Positions 12,428-24,896 of a DNA stretch of 64,000 nt are shown here, piece after piece. The DNA lies in the NCBI RefSeq assembly GCF_006345805.1, contig NC_043008.1, positions 54,498,001 through 54,562,000 on the forward strand, read 5' to 3'. This stretch comes from Octopus sinensis. Its lineage: Eukaryota. Each line of letters begins with the position of its first letter. The stretch's first letter is position 1. The translations under genes were made by a program, and so were the position numbers. The notes under the pieces are model-generated. The model was not told where the DNA came from and did not search any database. It worked only from the letters and a program-made list of their open reading frames with translations.

Positions 12428-12700
12428 TGGGTGAAATGGTGGGGTGGTGGTGGTGGTGGTGGTGGTGGTGGTGGCGGTGGCGGTGGTGGTGATGCTGGTG
12501 GTGGTGGTGGTGGTAGTGGTGGTGGTGGCAGTGGTGGTGGTGGTGGTAGTGGTAGCGGTGGTGGTGGTGGTGGTGGTGGCAGCACCAGTGGTAATGGTGG
12601 TAGTGGCAGTGGTGGTGGTGGTGGTGGTGGTAGTGGTGGTGCTGGTGCTGGTGCTGGTGCTGGTAGTGGCAGTGGCAGTGGTGGTGGTGGTGGTGGTAAT
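12428..12700. repeat. (GGT)n-rich microsatellite
   Basis: Direct reading. Confidence 0.95.
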
Positions 12701-13064
12701 GGCCGAATAATAACGACCATTTATTAGTTACTTATACAGTCTGCATTTAATGTCAGGGTATAAAACACAGAGACATTGCAATGGAGAGCAGAAGAGCAAT
12801 CACCGACTGTTTTCATAACAACAAGAAATGAAGGAACGTTCCAGCAGAAGGAAATAAGTTTCAAAATAAAAGAATAATAATAAGAGTAAAAAAAAAAAAA
12901 AAAGCAAGACGTAAAAGACAAACCCAGGAACAGGAGAAAAAAAAAAAGATATTGTCATTTAATACTTATGAAACGTTAATCATTTCCTCTCAAAAGATGA
13001 TTCAAATATTTGAGTGACTCAAATTTCAAAAAATATTAAACCAACTCAACACTGCCTTGTTGTT

Positions 13065-13278
13065 GTTGTTTGTTGTTGTTGTTGTTGTTATTGTTGTTTG
13101 TTGTTGTTGTTGTTCTTCTTCTTCTTCTTCTTCCTCTCCCTCTTCTTCTTCCTCTTCTTCTTCTTCTTCTTCCTCTCCCTCTTCTTCTTCTCCCTCTTCT
13201 TCTTCTTCTTCTTCTCCCTCTCCTTCATTTTCCTCTTCCGCTTCCTTTTCCTCTTCTTCTTCCTTTTCCTCTTCCTCT

Positions 13279-13313
<35 letters not shown>

Positions 13314-13405
13314 TTCTCCCTCTTCTTCTACTTTTTCTTTGTCTTTTTCTTCTTCTATTTCTTTCTCCTCTTCTTCTTCTTCTCTTTCTTCCTCCTCCTC
13401 TTCTC
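13065..13405. repeat. (GTT)n then (CTT)n-rich microsatellite
   Basis: Direct reading. Confidence 0.95.
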
Positions 13406-14313
13406 CCATGAATATTAAACATATAGCATATGTATGTATGTACATGTGTACAACGGATGTATGTATGTACACATGTACGTATGTATGTATGTATGTATGT
13501 ATGTATGTATGTACATGTGTACTAGATGTGTGCATGTATGTATGTATGTACACATGTATGTATGTATGTATGGATGGATGGATGGATGAATGAAGGGGCA
13601 GCCGGATGTGTGTATGTGTGTGTGTGTGAGAGAGAACGAAAGCGAGAGGAGATATTGAGAGGATGTGTGTGTGTGTGAGAGAGAGTGCATATATGCATGC
13701 ATGTGTGTGCGCATGTGTGTGTGTGTGTATGCGTGTGTTTGTGAGTGTGCATGTGTGTATGCATGTGTGTGTGTGTGTGTGTGTGTGTTTGTCTTATGCG
13801 TAATCTCCTTTATTCTCACTACATGAAAATGTTCCTTCTCTCTATCCCAATGTTCTCTCAAATTTCTTCCAGAATACAGAAAACTATCTTTGAATTGCTG
13901 CTATTGTTGCTTTTGACACTGTTTATTGTTCCCCACAAAAGGTTAGGCCCTTATGTTTTTTTTTTTACTTTTGTTTCATTTCATTTTATGTTTTTCTTTT
14001 TTTTTTTGGGGTTTGCTGTTCTTTTTTTTCCTTTTTTAATCTGAAGACAATCCTATAGCCCACCCCCTACCACACCCACACCCACACCCACACACATGCA
14101 CACACACACACACCTCACTTCTGACTTTCTATAATGACACAAATAACAAATGTTGATAACCCTTGCCAAGAATAAAAACTACGAAATGTCATGAAAAAAA
14201 TGTGTATATGTGTGTGTATATGCGTGTCTGTGTGTGTGTGTTTATGTGCTTAAGAGTGTACATGTGTGTGTTCTTTATCACACACAGACACACACACACA
14301 CACAAACACACAT

Positions 14314-14360
<47 letters not shown>

Positions 14361-14705
14361 CAAAGTGCATTCCAGAAGTTTTGAGGCTTTTTCCAGGAGA
14401 AATATCTATTAATTTCAACGAAGTACAAATCTCTCGTCTCCTTCAAAGCAAGATCCTCTGACTCCAATGCGATCGCTGAATGTGGCACGCCAGCCATTCC
14501 ATAAAGTTCCTACGGAAGTCCTCCAAATTGAAGAACTTGGGGAACAACTATTTAGTCGTTCCTCAACCTAAAGGAGAAGCTGAACGAGGGTCAAGACCGT
14601 AGGGGAGATAGGGGACAATTTTGATGTCCATCTCTTTCAAGTAGTTGGCTACTGAGATGGAATTGTGGACTGGTGTATTGTCCTGGGACAGGTGCCATTG
14701 ACCCG
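14361..14705 (-). mobile_element. mariner transposase 3' fragment with terminal repeat
   Basis: WHLSQDNTPVHNSISVANYLKEMDIKIVPYLPYGLDP matches the mariner HDNAPxH...YSPDL region; TA-flanked end tacaaagtgcattccagaag at about 14359-14380; truncated by a SINE. Confidence 0.75.
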
Positions 14706-14724
14706 AGTGGAAGAGCTCTCTCTC

Positions 14725-15131
14725 TCTCTTTACTCTTTTACTTGTTTCAGTCATTTGACTGCGGCCATGCTGCAGCACCGCCTTTAATCGAGCAACTCGA
14801 CCCCGGGACTTATTCGTTTGTAAGCCCAGTACTTATTCTATCGGTCTCTTTGCCGAACCGCTAAGTAACGGGGACAAAACCACCAGCAACGGTTGTTTGA
14901 AGCGATGTGCTAGGGGGACAAACACAGACACACAAACACACACATGCATATATATATATAATATATACGACAGGCTTCTTTTCAGTTTCCGTTCTACCAA
15001 ATCCACTCACAAGGCTTTGGTCGGCCCGAGGCTATAGTAGAATACACTTGCCCAAGGTGCCATGCAGTGGGACTGAACCCGTAACCATGTGGTTGGTAAG
15101 CAAGCTACTTACCACACACACACTCCTGTGC
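14725..15131 (-). mobile_element. tRNA-headed SINE family A (CORE-like ccttgggcaagt motif, internal microsatellite, (taaaagag)n tail)
   Basis: Near full-length copy with A-box-like tggctgtgtgg and B-box-like ggttcagtcc. Confidence 0.85.
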
Positions 15132-15230
15132 CTGAACTTTTACGATAAAATCTTTTTCGGAACTTCCACAAAACTTTCAGAAAGTACTCTTTGTTGAGCA
15201 TCTGGCCAGAAGGAACACAGTGGACGTAGA

Positions 15231-15532
15231 TGTGGAGGCACATGGCCTAGTGGTTAGAGCAGCGGACTCACAATCGAGGGATTGCGGGTTTGAATCTCAG
15301 ACCGGGTGATGTGTGTGTTTATGAGCGAAACACCTAAGCTCCACGTGGCTCCGGCAGGAAGGTAATGGCAAACTTCTGCTGACTCTTTCGCCACAACTTT
15401 CTCTCATTCTTTCCTCCTGCATCTTGCAGCTCACCTGTGACGGACCAGCATCCCTTCCAGGTGGGGAACCTATAAGCCAAGGAAACCGGCCCTTATGAGC
15501 CAGGCATGGCTCAAGAAGGAACAAACAAAAAG
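15231..15532 (+). mobile_element. tRNA-headed SINE family G
   Basis: tggcctagtggttagagcagcggactc...gggtttgaatctc head and aacaaacaaaa tail; related copies at 16960-17380 (-) and 51757-51985 (+). Confidence 0.75.
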
Positions 15533-16345
15533 TGGACGTAGATGATGGTACCCTTGCTGTCAAAAGGGCATCATGAGCTTCCCAGTGGACTTACTTTGCC
15601 AGGCCTCTTGTGCCAGCAGAAAACATGCCCAGCTCATACAAGTCTATCCATGGCCAGTCTGGAGTATTTCATAAGTTTCTTTTAGATTTTTGCCCAGTTA
15701 ATCACAAAACTTTACTGCATAGCAGGCTTCCAAATTGTCTTCATGTCTCGACTGCATTCAGGAGTGGCTGTGTGGTAAGTAGCTTGCTTACCAACCACAT
15801 TGGGAACCTTGGGCAAGTGTCTTCTACTATAGCCTCAGGCTGACCAAAGCCTTGTGAGTGGATTTGGTAGATGGAAACTGAAAGAAGCCCATCGTGCTTC
15901 CTAACGCCAACCACTCCGTGAGTGTAGTGGGTATTATATATATATATATATAATATATTATATATATATATATATGCATACATACACACACAACACACAC
16001 ACGATAGACAGATAGATAGATAGATAGATAGACACACACACACACACACCACACACAACTTGTATGAGCTGGGCATGTTTTCTGCTGGCTCATAAGGGCC
16101 GGTTTCCCGGTTTCCTTGGCATATAGGTTCCCCACCTGGAAGGGACGTGTGTGTCTGTGTTTGTCCCTCCAACATCGCTTGACAACCGATGCTGTTGTGG
16201 TTACATCCCCGTAACTTAGCGGTTCGGCAAAAGAGACTGATAGTACTAGGCTTACAAAGAATAAGTCCTGGGGTCGATTTGCTTGACTAAAGGTGGTGCT
16301 CTAGCATGACCACAGTCAAATGACCGAAACAAGTAAAAGAGTAAG

Positions 16346-16385
<40 letters not shown>

Positions 16386-16432
16386 TGCACATATAATACA
16401 TATATACACACATATATATTTTCCATTTTCAA

Positions 16433-16772
16433 TCAACATCAATGGAAATTGTAGCAGTGATACCAGTGCCGGTGGCACGTAAGAGAACCATCCGAACGTG
16501 GCCATTGCCAGCGCCGCCCCGACTGGCCTCCGTGCCAGTGACACGTAAAAAGCACCATCCGATCGTGGCTGTTTGCCAGCCTCATCTGGCACATAAAAGC
16601 ACCCACTACACTCACGGAGTGGTTGGCGTTAGGAAGGGCATCCAGCTGTAGAAACACTGCCAGATCAGACTGGAGCCTGGTGCAGCCTCCTGGCTTCCTA
16701 GACCCCAGTTGAACCGTCCAACCCATGTTAGCATGGAAAACAGACGTTAAACGATGATGACGATGATGATGA
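16433..16772 (+). mobile_element. Retroposon family B
   Basis: atcaacatcaatggaaattgtagc ... gttaaacgatgatgacgatgatgat. Confidence 0.8.
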
Positions 16773-16959
16773 TACACACACACACACACAGACACAAATA
16801 CATACAATACATATATGTTTCTCCTCTATGTTCATACACGTCTACCTTATGACTCATGCTATTGTTTCCCCAAGTCAATCAACACTCACTCACTCACATC
16901 TTATAACAAAGATACAGTCAAGACCACTGTTTCCAATTACACTTTTTTTAATGTTTCTT

Positions 16960-17380
16960 TTGTTGTTGCTGTTGCTGTTGTTGCTGCTGCTGCTGCTGTT
17001 GCTGTTGCTGTTGAGCGAACGGTCTTCGTCCCAGAGCTCGCAAGATGGGAGAAGTCCAAAACGTGGTCCTTTGCTATTCGTAAGACCCGCAGAAGAGAAA
17101 GCAGGTCAACCCCCGACACCGAGAGCATCGACAGATGGACGAATGCGCATCCAGGCTCAGCGGTTGCGTAGGAAGTCGGAGACAAGAAACAGGAAGAAAG
17201 AGTGAGAGAAAGTTGTAGTATAAGAGTACAACAGGGGTTGCCACCACCCCCTGCCAGAGCCTCATGGAGCTTTAGGTGTTTTCGCTCAATAAACACACAC
17301 AACGCCCGGTCTAGGAATCGAAACCGCGATCCTCCGACCGCGAGTCCGCTGCCCTAACCACTGGGCCATTGCGCTTCCAC
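16960..17380 (-). mobile_element. SINE family G variant with (caacag)n tail
   Basis: Head gcaatggcccagtggttagggcagcggactc...ggtttcgattcc. Confidence 0.75.
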
Positions 17381-17774
17381 TTGCTGTTGCTGTTGCAGGT
17401 TAAGATAAGAAATTATGAAATTGGATATTAAATGATGACGACGATGACAATGATGATGATATATATGCACAATCAGGTGAGAAGATGATTTTGGAACAAC
17501 ATAAAAGGGGAATAGCAAGAGTACAAGGGGAATAGAACAAATGTTGTGGCCAGTGGAACTGACTCGCACCTGACAGCTTGGCTGATCCAGGTGATATATA
17601 TCATCATCATCATCATCATCATCATTTAATGTCTGTTTTCCATGCTAGTATGGGTTGGACGGTTTGACCAGGGTCTGGTAAGCCATGGGAGCTGCACCAG
17701 GCTCTAGTCTGATTTGGAAGTGTTTCTACAGCTGGATGTCCTTCCTAACACCAACCACTCCGTGAGTGTAGTGG

Positions 17775-17815
<41 letters not shown>

Positions 17816-18022
17816 CAAATAAGAAAATGGAGGAAACAGATTCGTTTCAATCATCGACTTACAGATATTACCAATTCATATTATTTATTAACTACTTAAA
17901 TAGGAACATCCAAATTCAACAGAATAAAACAATATACATCAGTAAGTAAGATAATACCATAAAAACAATACACATAAAATGGATCTTACAGCTGTTTCAG
18001 CCTGTAGATAAAAGTATCTCAT

Positions 18023-18053
<31 letters not shown>

Positions 18054-18077
18054 GCATACACACACACACATACACAC

Positions 18078-18120
<43 letters not shown>

Positions 18121-18286
18121 CAGACACACACACACACAATGAACAACATATAGTTTTCATTGAGTAAATTCATTCACAAGGCATTGATCAACCCAGAGCT
18201 ATAGTAGATCACAGTTGCCCAAGGTGCTGTGCAGTGGGACTGAACCCCAGTCATCACAGAAATAATACAACACGAATTATACTTAC

Positions 18287-18543
18287 TGCTAAGGTCTATG
18301 TATCTAATAAGTGGGTGCGAAATTCCTTCAGAGACATCCTTTATCCTGTTGTTGTTGATGGAGATATATTGCAGAAAGGGACACGGCTCAAGCATTATGC
18401 TGGCAATGCGGTTTTTGTTGGCGGTCAGCTGCAACAAATCCGTTAATGTGTTGAAGGCCTTTAGATCAGTCAAATAGTTGTTGCTTACATTAACAATTCT
18501 CAGATGAACATATCTCTCCAGGATTGAAATATCGGTTATCTTC
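18287..18543 (-). CDS. LRRC23: LRRC23 orthologue, coding exon 3 (LRR repeats)
   Basis: Long T tract + gaccag acceptor and A|GTAAGT donor; 257 nt, phase 2 to 1. KITDISILERYVHLRIVNVSNNYLTDLKAFNTLTDLLQLTANKNRIASIMLEPCPFLQYISINNNRIKDVSEGISHPLIRYIDLS matches recalled human DLTDIYLLRSYIHLRYVDISENHLTDLSPLNYLTHLLWLKADGNRL...EGISHPRLETLNL. Confidence 0.95.
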
Positions 18544-18638
18544 CTGGTCAAAAAAAAAAAAAAAAAAATGAAGAGAAAGAGAAGGAAAAAAGACAGAATT
18601 TTATTTACTGCTTCTCTGAGAAAGAGACAGAATTATTG

Positions 18639-19040
18639 TTTACTCTTTTACTCTTTTACTCGTTTCAGTCATTTGACTGCGGCCATGCTGGAGCACCGCC
18701 TTTAGTCAAGCAAATCGACCCCGGGACTTATTCTTTGTAAGCCCAGTACTTATTCTATCGGTCTCTTTTTGCCGAACCGCTAAGTGACGGGGACGTAAAC
18801 ACACCAGCATCGGTTGTCAAGTAATGCTAGGGGGACAGACACAGACACACAAACACACACACATATATATATATATATAAATATATACGACAGGCTTCTT
18901 TCAGTTTCCGTCTACCAAATCCACTCACAAGGCATTGGTCGGCCCTCGGCTATAGCAGAAGACACTTGCCCAAGATGCCACGCAGTGGGACTGAACCTGG
19001 AATCATGTGGTTGGTTAGCAAGCTACTTACCACACAGCCA
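18639..19040 (-). mobile_element. SINE family A
   Basis: Near full-length match to the other family A copies. Confidence 0.85.
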
Positions 19041-19312
19041 ATCATGATATAAATTGTTTTGTCCTGTTTCCCCTGGTCATTCTGTTTGCTTCACATCACT
19101 CGACCCTCTTGCCTAATGTATCAAGTGCATACACCTGTGTTAACAGCTTCAAAGCAGCAAATTAGCAGAAGCCTTAAAGTAAGGCACCTTGCAACCTAAC
19201 CTATTAAAAGATAACTTTTGGTATCTATCTATCTATATCTTTTTATCTATCTATCTATCCATGAGCGAGCGAACAAGCAAGCAAAATCATGATGATGATG
19301 ATGATGATGATA

Positions 19313-19817
19313 TCTATATATATAAAACTGTAGTTGTGTGAGTGTCTGTCCCCTTCGATTTAGATTCCTAACTCCTCCCTTGCGGTGCAGTTTAACCAAA
19401 TTCGGGTATCTTATAGTCGTGATTAATATGGAGCCCGTCTGGCTATTAGCGCGCGTCTACGATGAGTCTACGATTTTAAAAATAGTTTAACATCATTTTT
19501 TATTCCATTTTAATGCATAATTTTTCGTGTGTCGATGGCGGCGGAGTTGGCGTCCTTGGTCACACCTGAACCTGTTTGCTTCTCCCTCTTCCCTCCCTCG
19601 TGAAGCTGTGGGGAAGGGAGTGTAAAGAAATCAACGTCGTAATGCGTTGTCAAGGAGACCAGCGTTCTTTTAGAACAACGACTTCATGGCTTGAAGACAC
19701 CAAAACAGAAATGGCTAAGAAAGCCCGAATTGGCATCTATAAGGGAAGTAACTCTCTAAAAATGCTTATATAGTTATTTCCCTTACAAACCCGAGCAACG
19801 CCGGGCGATACTGCTAG
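19313..19817 (+). mobile_element. Non-autonomous Helitron in LRRC23 intron 2
   Basis: A|TCTATATATATAAAA start, 3' hairpin cccgagcaacgccggg, and ...CTAG|T end; inserted between A and T with no TSD. Confidence 0.82.
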
Positions 19818-20202
19818 TATATATATAAACAGAGTACATATAACTTTCTTTTCACTTATTACCTCCGCCTTAATGAAGGCGGAGGTATTGTTTTCAGTCG
19901 TATTTGTTGGTCTGTTTGTTCATGGACAAAGATATCTCAAAAACTGAAACCTCATTCTGGTCTCTGCATAACCATTTGTCGTTCCTTCAGTTTACCTTTT
20001 GGATCTGACCAAAGTTCTTCCCATTAGAGAAATACCAAAGCATTCCGGCATCTTGGCATTTTAACTTGTTTAGCAAGCGCTTTGCACAGAAGGATTTTCT
20101 CGTGTCACATCTGACATAAACTGACCAACGCCTTAGCCCACCCCAAACCCCATGTAACAACTTGTACTGGATGTCCTCATGCACATACATACATACATAC
20201 AT

Positions 20203-20256
<54 letters not shown>

Positions 20257-20539
20257 ACATACATACATACATACATACATACATAGCAAGCAAGCAAGTC
20301 GTGCTTGGAAATCCTGCCAGGAAGTCTAATAACAGCTGCTTTTGAGAGGGTCCCATGGTGGAAGTGCCAGAGGGTTCTATCCCAATAACCCTCTCAGGAA
20401 TAGTGGACAGGGAAGATGGATGGATGGAAGGATGGTTACCCTATTTCTGTTGAAATACACTGCCTTCTTTTCAATTAATTTTGGAATTAAAGAATTTAGT
20501 AAAACATTATTATGTTGGTGCTTATATGAAACAACTTAC

Positions 20540-20649
20540 CTATTACTGAGATCAAGTTTAATGAAGGAATAAGCCAGACCATTTCCTATTCTCCGTAGTA
20601 AAGAGATCCCTTCTTTAATTACTTCTTCTGACAAAATATTATCTGGTAC
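20540..20649 (-). CDS. LRRC23: LRRC23 orthologue, coding exon 2 (not in the ORF track)
   Basis: Acceptor ctatcttttatag| and donor AG|GTAAGT; 110 nt, phase 0 to 2. Translates VPDNILSEEVIKEGISLLRRIGNGLAYSFIKLDLSN(R), matching recalled human LRRC23 PTPLTEDMMKEGLSLLCKTGNGLAHAYVKLEVKER. Confidence 0.92.
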
Positions 20650-20699
20650 CTATAAAAGATAGCAAATGGTAGAAATCATTATTATTATTACCGTAACCG

Positions 20700-21150
20700 A
20701 TCAACATCAATGGAATTTGTAGCTGTGATACCAGTGCCGGTGGCATGTAAGAGAACTATCCAAACGTGGCCGTAGCCAGCGCCGCCTTGACTGGCCTCCG
20801 TGCCGATGGCATGTAAAAAGCACCATCCGATCGTGGCCGTTGCCAGCCTCGTCTGGTCTCCGTGTCGGTGGCATATAAAAAGCACCATCCGATCATTTGC
20901 CAGCCTCGTCTGGTCTCCGTGTCAGTGGCACGTAAAAAGCACCATCCGATCGTGGCCGTTTGCCAGCCTCGTCTGGCACGTAAAAAGCGCCCACTACACT
21001 CACGGAGTGGTTGGCGTTAGGAAGGCCATCCAGCTGTAGAAACACTGCCAGATCAGACTGGGCCTGGTGCAGCCTTCTGGCTTCCCAGACCCTAGTTGAA
21101 CCGTCCAACCCATGCCAGCATGGAAAGCGGACATTAAACGATGATGATGA
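20700..21150 (+). mobile_element. Retroposon family B, starting about 50 bp from the acceptor of LRRC23 exon 2
   Basis: Extra subrepeat copies and a (GAT)n tail. Confidence 0.8.
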
Positions 21151-21407
21151 TCATCATCATCATCATCATCATTATTATTATTCTGCAAGCTGGCAGAATC
21201 GTTAGCACATCGGGGAATATGCCTAGCAGCATTTCATCAGTCATTGTGTTCTGAGATCAAATTCCACCGAATTCCACTTTGTTATTCATCCTTTTGGGGT
21301 TGATAAATTAAGCACCAGTCAAGTACTGGGGTTGATGTGATCGACTATCCACCTCCCCACAATTTCCAGGCTTTGTACCTAAATTAGAAAGGATTATCAT
21401 TATTATT

Positions 21408-21607
21408 CCTCTTTCCTCTTTTACTTGTTTCGGTCATTTATTTGACTGCGGCCATGCTGGAGCACCGCCTTTAGTCGAGCAAATCGACCCCAGGACTTAG
21501 TCTTTGTAAGCCCAGTACTTATTCTATCGGTCTCTTTTTGCCGAACCGCTAAGTGACGGGGACATAAACACACCAGCATCGGTTGTCAAGCAATGCTAGG
21601 AGGACAA

Positions 21608-21654
<47 letters not shown>

Positions 21655-21809
21655 CATATATACGACAAGCTTCTTTCAGTTTCCGTCTACCAAATCCACT
21701 CACAAGACCTATAGCAGAAGACACTTGCCCAAGATGCCACGCAGTGGGACTGAACCCGGAACCATGTGGTTGGTAAACAAGCTACTTACCACGCAGCCAC
21801 TCCTGCGCC
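21408..21809 (-). mobile_element. SINE family A
   Basis: Full head (ggcgcaggagtggctg) with an internal deletion. Confidence 0.85.
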
Positions 21810-22328
21810 TATGATACATATATAATTGCAAAAGAAAGACAAAGAAAAAACAAAGAAAGAAAAGAAAAAACATCAATGTTTTGAGCACCTCATATAATCC
21901 CTCATAACTTTTTTATTTTATTTTATTGGGGTGGGTGGGTAAAAATTTAAAACAAAACAATTTTTTGTCGTACTTGTATTTATTCCCGTGTGTAGAACAC
22001 AAATTCACAAAATCTTTCAGAAAATTGCAAAAAAAAAAAAAAAAAATTACGAGGTATTATATGGGGTACGTAAATCAATTCCGCCAAAAGCATTCCAACC
22101 GTGGCCATCCTGTCTTCAATCGAATTTTCACTTTCTGAGCCTGACCGTCTTTTTGGATTCATCCCATGAGGAATACTTCGAAACACGACTGTGAATACTT
22201 TAAAAAACAATTTCATGCTCACACAACCTATCGGGTAGTTTTATTAGCATTGGATTTTAAACAATTTTGTTTTCAGTTTTTAAACCAAAGTTCGCCAATA
22301 ATTAAATTTGAACAAATAGAAAAGAAGG

Positions 22329-22337
22329 AAAAAAAAA
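22329..22337 (-). terminator. RNA polymerase III oligo-T terminator of tRNA-Ala
   Basis: T9 run on the minus strand 6 nt after the discriminator base. Confidence 0.8.
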
Positions 22338-22343
22338 TCGAGC

Positions 22344-22416
22344 TGGAGAATCCGGGCATCGATCCCGGTACCTCTCGCATGCTAAGCGAGCGCTCTACCA
22401 TCTGAGCTAATTCCCC
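22344..22416 (-). tRNA. tRNA-Ala(AGC): tRNA-Ala (anticodon AGC), 73 nt, intronless, inside LRRC23 intron 1 on the same strand
   Basis: Reverse complement GGGGAAT TA GCTC AGATGGTA GAGC G CTCGC TTAGCAT GCGAG AGGTA CCGGG ATCGATG CCCGG ATTCTCC A. All four stems pair, the G3:U70 alanine identity pair is present, and the T-loop has the eukaryotic Ala-type sequence. Confidence 0.97.
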
Positions 22417-22891
22417 TCTACAATTTTACGGTGCTAGTTATCGTTATATAAACACTATGTTCATAGTCACGTATGCTTATAGTGAAAGTAAAATAAATGG
22501 AATATAGAAGTAGCAGGCTAAAGAACCTGTAGAAATAGCAGCCGTTGTTGTTTGACCACAAATAAACCCCGTACCAGTTCCATGATCGTATTTTCTTATT
22601 CACTAATTATAGAACTACATTAATCTAATGTGTCATATCTGTTTTAAGGTGGATGGTTATCGGTTAAATGAAATTTCGCTGCTATTTCTAGCAGGCCGAG
22701 AAACTCCAAAATCAAAATCTTACGTTAAAAGATTCAATTCAATGACCTATGGCCCTATAAAAAATATATAGGGGCTTTGAAATACAGTAGAACAAAGTGA
22801 ATATTCCTTTTAGAGGTTTTCGATTAAATATTTCATATTTTACAATCGCTAATTTCACTAGGAAGACATAAATTATTATTATTTTTAACAT

Positions 22892-23224
22892 TTCAGTTCC
22901 ACTGCGTGGCACCTTGGGCAAGTGTCTTCTACTATAGCCTCGGGCCGACCAAAGCCTTGTGAGTGGATTTGGTAGACGGAAACTGAAAGAAGCCCGTCAT
23001 ATATATGTATATATATGTGTATGTTTCTGTGTCTGTGTTTGTCCCCCTAGCATTGCTTGATAACCGATGCTGGTGTGTTTACGTCCCCGTAACTTAGCGG
23101 TTCGGCAAAAAGAGACCGATAGAATAAGTAATGGGCTTACAAAGAATAAGTCCCGGGGTCGATTTTCTCGACTAAAGGCGGTGCTCCAGCATGGCCACAG
23201 TCAAATGACTGAAGTAAAAGAGTT
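22892..23224 (+). mobile_element. SINE family A, 5'-truncated
   Basis: Matches the family from ttcagttcc onward. Confidence 0.85.
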
Positions 23225-23573
23225 AATTCTCTTTACATTCTCAGTTCGAATCCCACCGAGGTCAGCTTCGCAAGTCATCCTTTCAAGGTCGAAAACATAA
23301 AGCCCCTGTCAAGAACTAGGGGGTCGGTGAAATTCTGGTTTACGCATCCCATATATATCCCGAATAGCTTTTTTTATTTTTTGGAATTTTCAGAAAATGT
23401 TTTACGAATTTGGCGGTGCCCCAGCATGGCCACAGCTCAAGAGCTGAAACTGGAAAACATAAACATAAAGAGGAATTCACACGATTCTTTTCTTTTCCCT
23501 TTTTTTCAAAAAAAATTTTTGAACCTTCTCCCCATAAATCAAAGTAAATAAAATACAAATAATTTTTTTACAC

Positions 23574-23967
23574 AGTGGCTGTGTGTTAAGTAGCTTGCTT
23601 ACCAACCACATGGTTCCGGGTTCAGTCCCACTGCGTGGCATCTTGGGCAAGTGTCTTCTGCTATAGCCCCGGGCCGACCAAAGCCTTGTGAGTGGATTTG
23701 GTAGACGGAAACTGAAAGAAGCTCGTCGTATATATGTACATGTATATATGTGCGTGTGTGTTTGTGTGTCTGTGTTTGTCCCCCTATCATTGCTTGACAA
23801 CCGATGCTGGTGTGTTTATGCCCCCGTCACTTAGCGGTTCAGCAAAAAGAGACCGATAGAATAAGTAATGGGCTTACAAAGAATAAGTACCGGGGTAGAG
23901 TTGCTCGATTAAGGGCGGTGCTCCAGCATGGCCGCAGTCAAATGACCGAAACGAGTAAAAGAGTAAA
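23574..23967 (+). mobile_element. SINE family A
   Basis: Near full-length. Confidence 0.85.
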
Positions 23968-24235
23968 GTAAATAAAACACAAAAACACAAAGTAAGGATC
24001 GACTAGTCATGACTAGCTAGTGCGGATGCGCAAGTACGCGAGTGCGCGCACCGGGACCACTGTCCTTAAGTAGTACCCACTTGCCCAAGGTGCCAGGCAG
24101 TAGACTGAACCCAGAACCATGCGGTAGGGCAGCAAGCTTCTTACCACAAAGCCACGCCTGCAATTATGTGTGTGTGCGCGCATACGTATGTAAGCATACC
24201 TACACATGTGTGCCCCTTCCTCGACTTCATTTCCT

Positions 24236-24445
24236 TATAACTTTCTGAAAAACGAATATTTTTTAATGAAATTTTCTATGAATACCTTTCAGATGGTGTA
24301 GACTACTACGGTTATATCGGAATTTAACGTGGAAAAAAAAACTGGCAGTCGCACGCACAATATATACTGACATACACCACATATAAATTCCGTACTTGTA
24401 GTAAATTTCATTAAAAAGTTATCCAGTTTTTCAGAAAGTTAGGAG
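24236..24445. repeat. MITE-like inverted repeat
   Basis: taactttctgaaaaac...ttttaatgaaattt versus aaatttcattaaaaa...gtttttcagaaagtta. Confidence 0.55.
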
Positions 24446-24474
24446 GAAACAAACCGGTAGCGTATTTAAAGCTG

Positions 24475-24896
24475 GACGATCTTTCGTCTCTAGTAGACCT
24501 TTCCGTCGATTTCCGTAAAAAACTTCTTTTTTTTTTTTACATATGGGCTGGCGGGAACTTTTGAAGTAATATACATACATATACACATACACCGAGTAAA
24601 AAATTTCAGTTATCTCTCTCTTTCACACATTACTCTGTCTCTTCACACACACTAACAGAAGCACTTCACTTACACAACATACTGTCTGTCTCCCACACCC
24701 CATCAAACACACACACACATGTACATCAATGCTTGCCATGCACGGTAACTTCAAAAGAACTTCCCTCGTCATACAATCGCTTTCTCTTAGTCTCTTTCGC
24801 TCTCATTACTTCAAAAGTTCCCGCAAGCCCCATATGTAAAAAAAAAAAATTTTTACGGAAATCGACGGAAATGTCTACTAGAGACGAAAGATTGCC
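24475..24896. mobile_element. 422-bp MITE with about 100-bp TIRs and exact 8-bp TSD TAAAGCTG
   Basis: TAAAGCTG|gacgatctttcgtctctagtagac...tttccgtcgatttccgtaaaaa ... tttacggaaatcgacggaaatgtctactagagacgaaagattgcc|TAAAGCTG. Confidence 0.82.

Noticed and set aside
12428-12700. (GGT)n tract as a special G-quadruplex or glycine-rich coding element
   Set aside because: It is one of many ordinary trinucleotide microsatellites, with mostly GG (two-tier) tracts and no exon signals.
15231-15310. tRNA-like heads of SINEs (also 17310-17380, 39900-39968 and family A/C heads) as tRNA genes
   Set aside because: They have A/B boxes but no complete cloverleaf, and they continue into SINE bodies.
17990-18001. 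12-nt micro-exon candidate (ctacag|gctgaaacagct|gtaaga)
   Set aside because: The splice-like motifs could arise by chance. After exon 3 it would introduce an immediate TGA, and there is no supporting evidence.
19996-20051. Alternative LRRC23 exon 2 (MPECFGISLMGRTLVRSK, phases 0 to 2)
   Set aside because: The phases fit and GISLMGRT resembles GLSLLCKT, but the acceptor lacks a pyrimidine tract and the GNGLA..KL block is missing. The exon at 20540-20649 matches far better.
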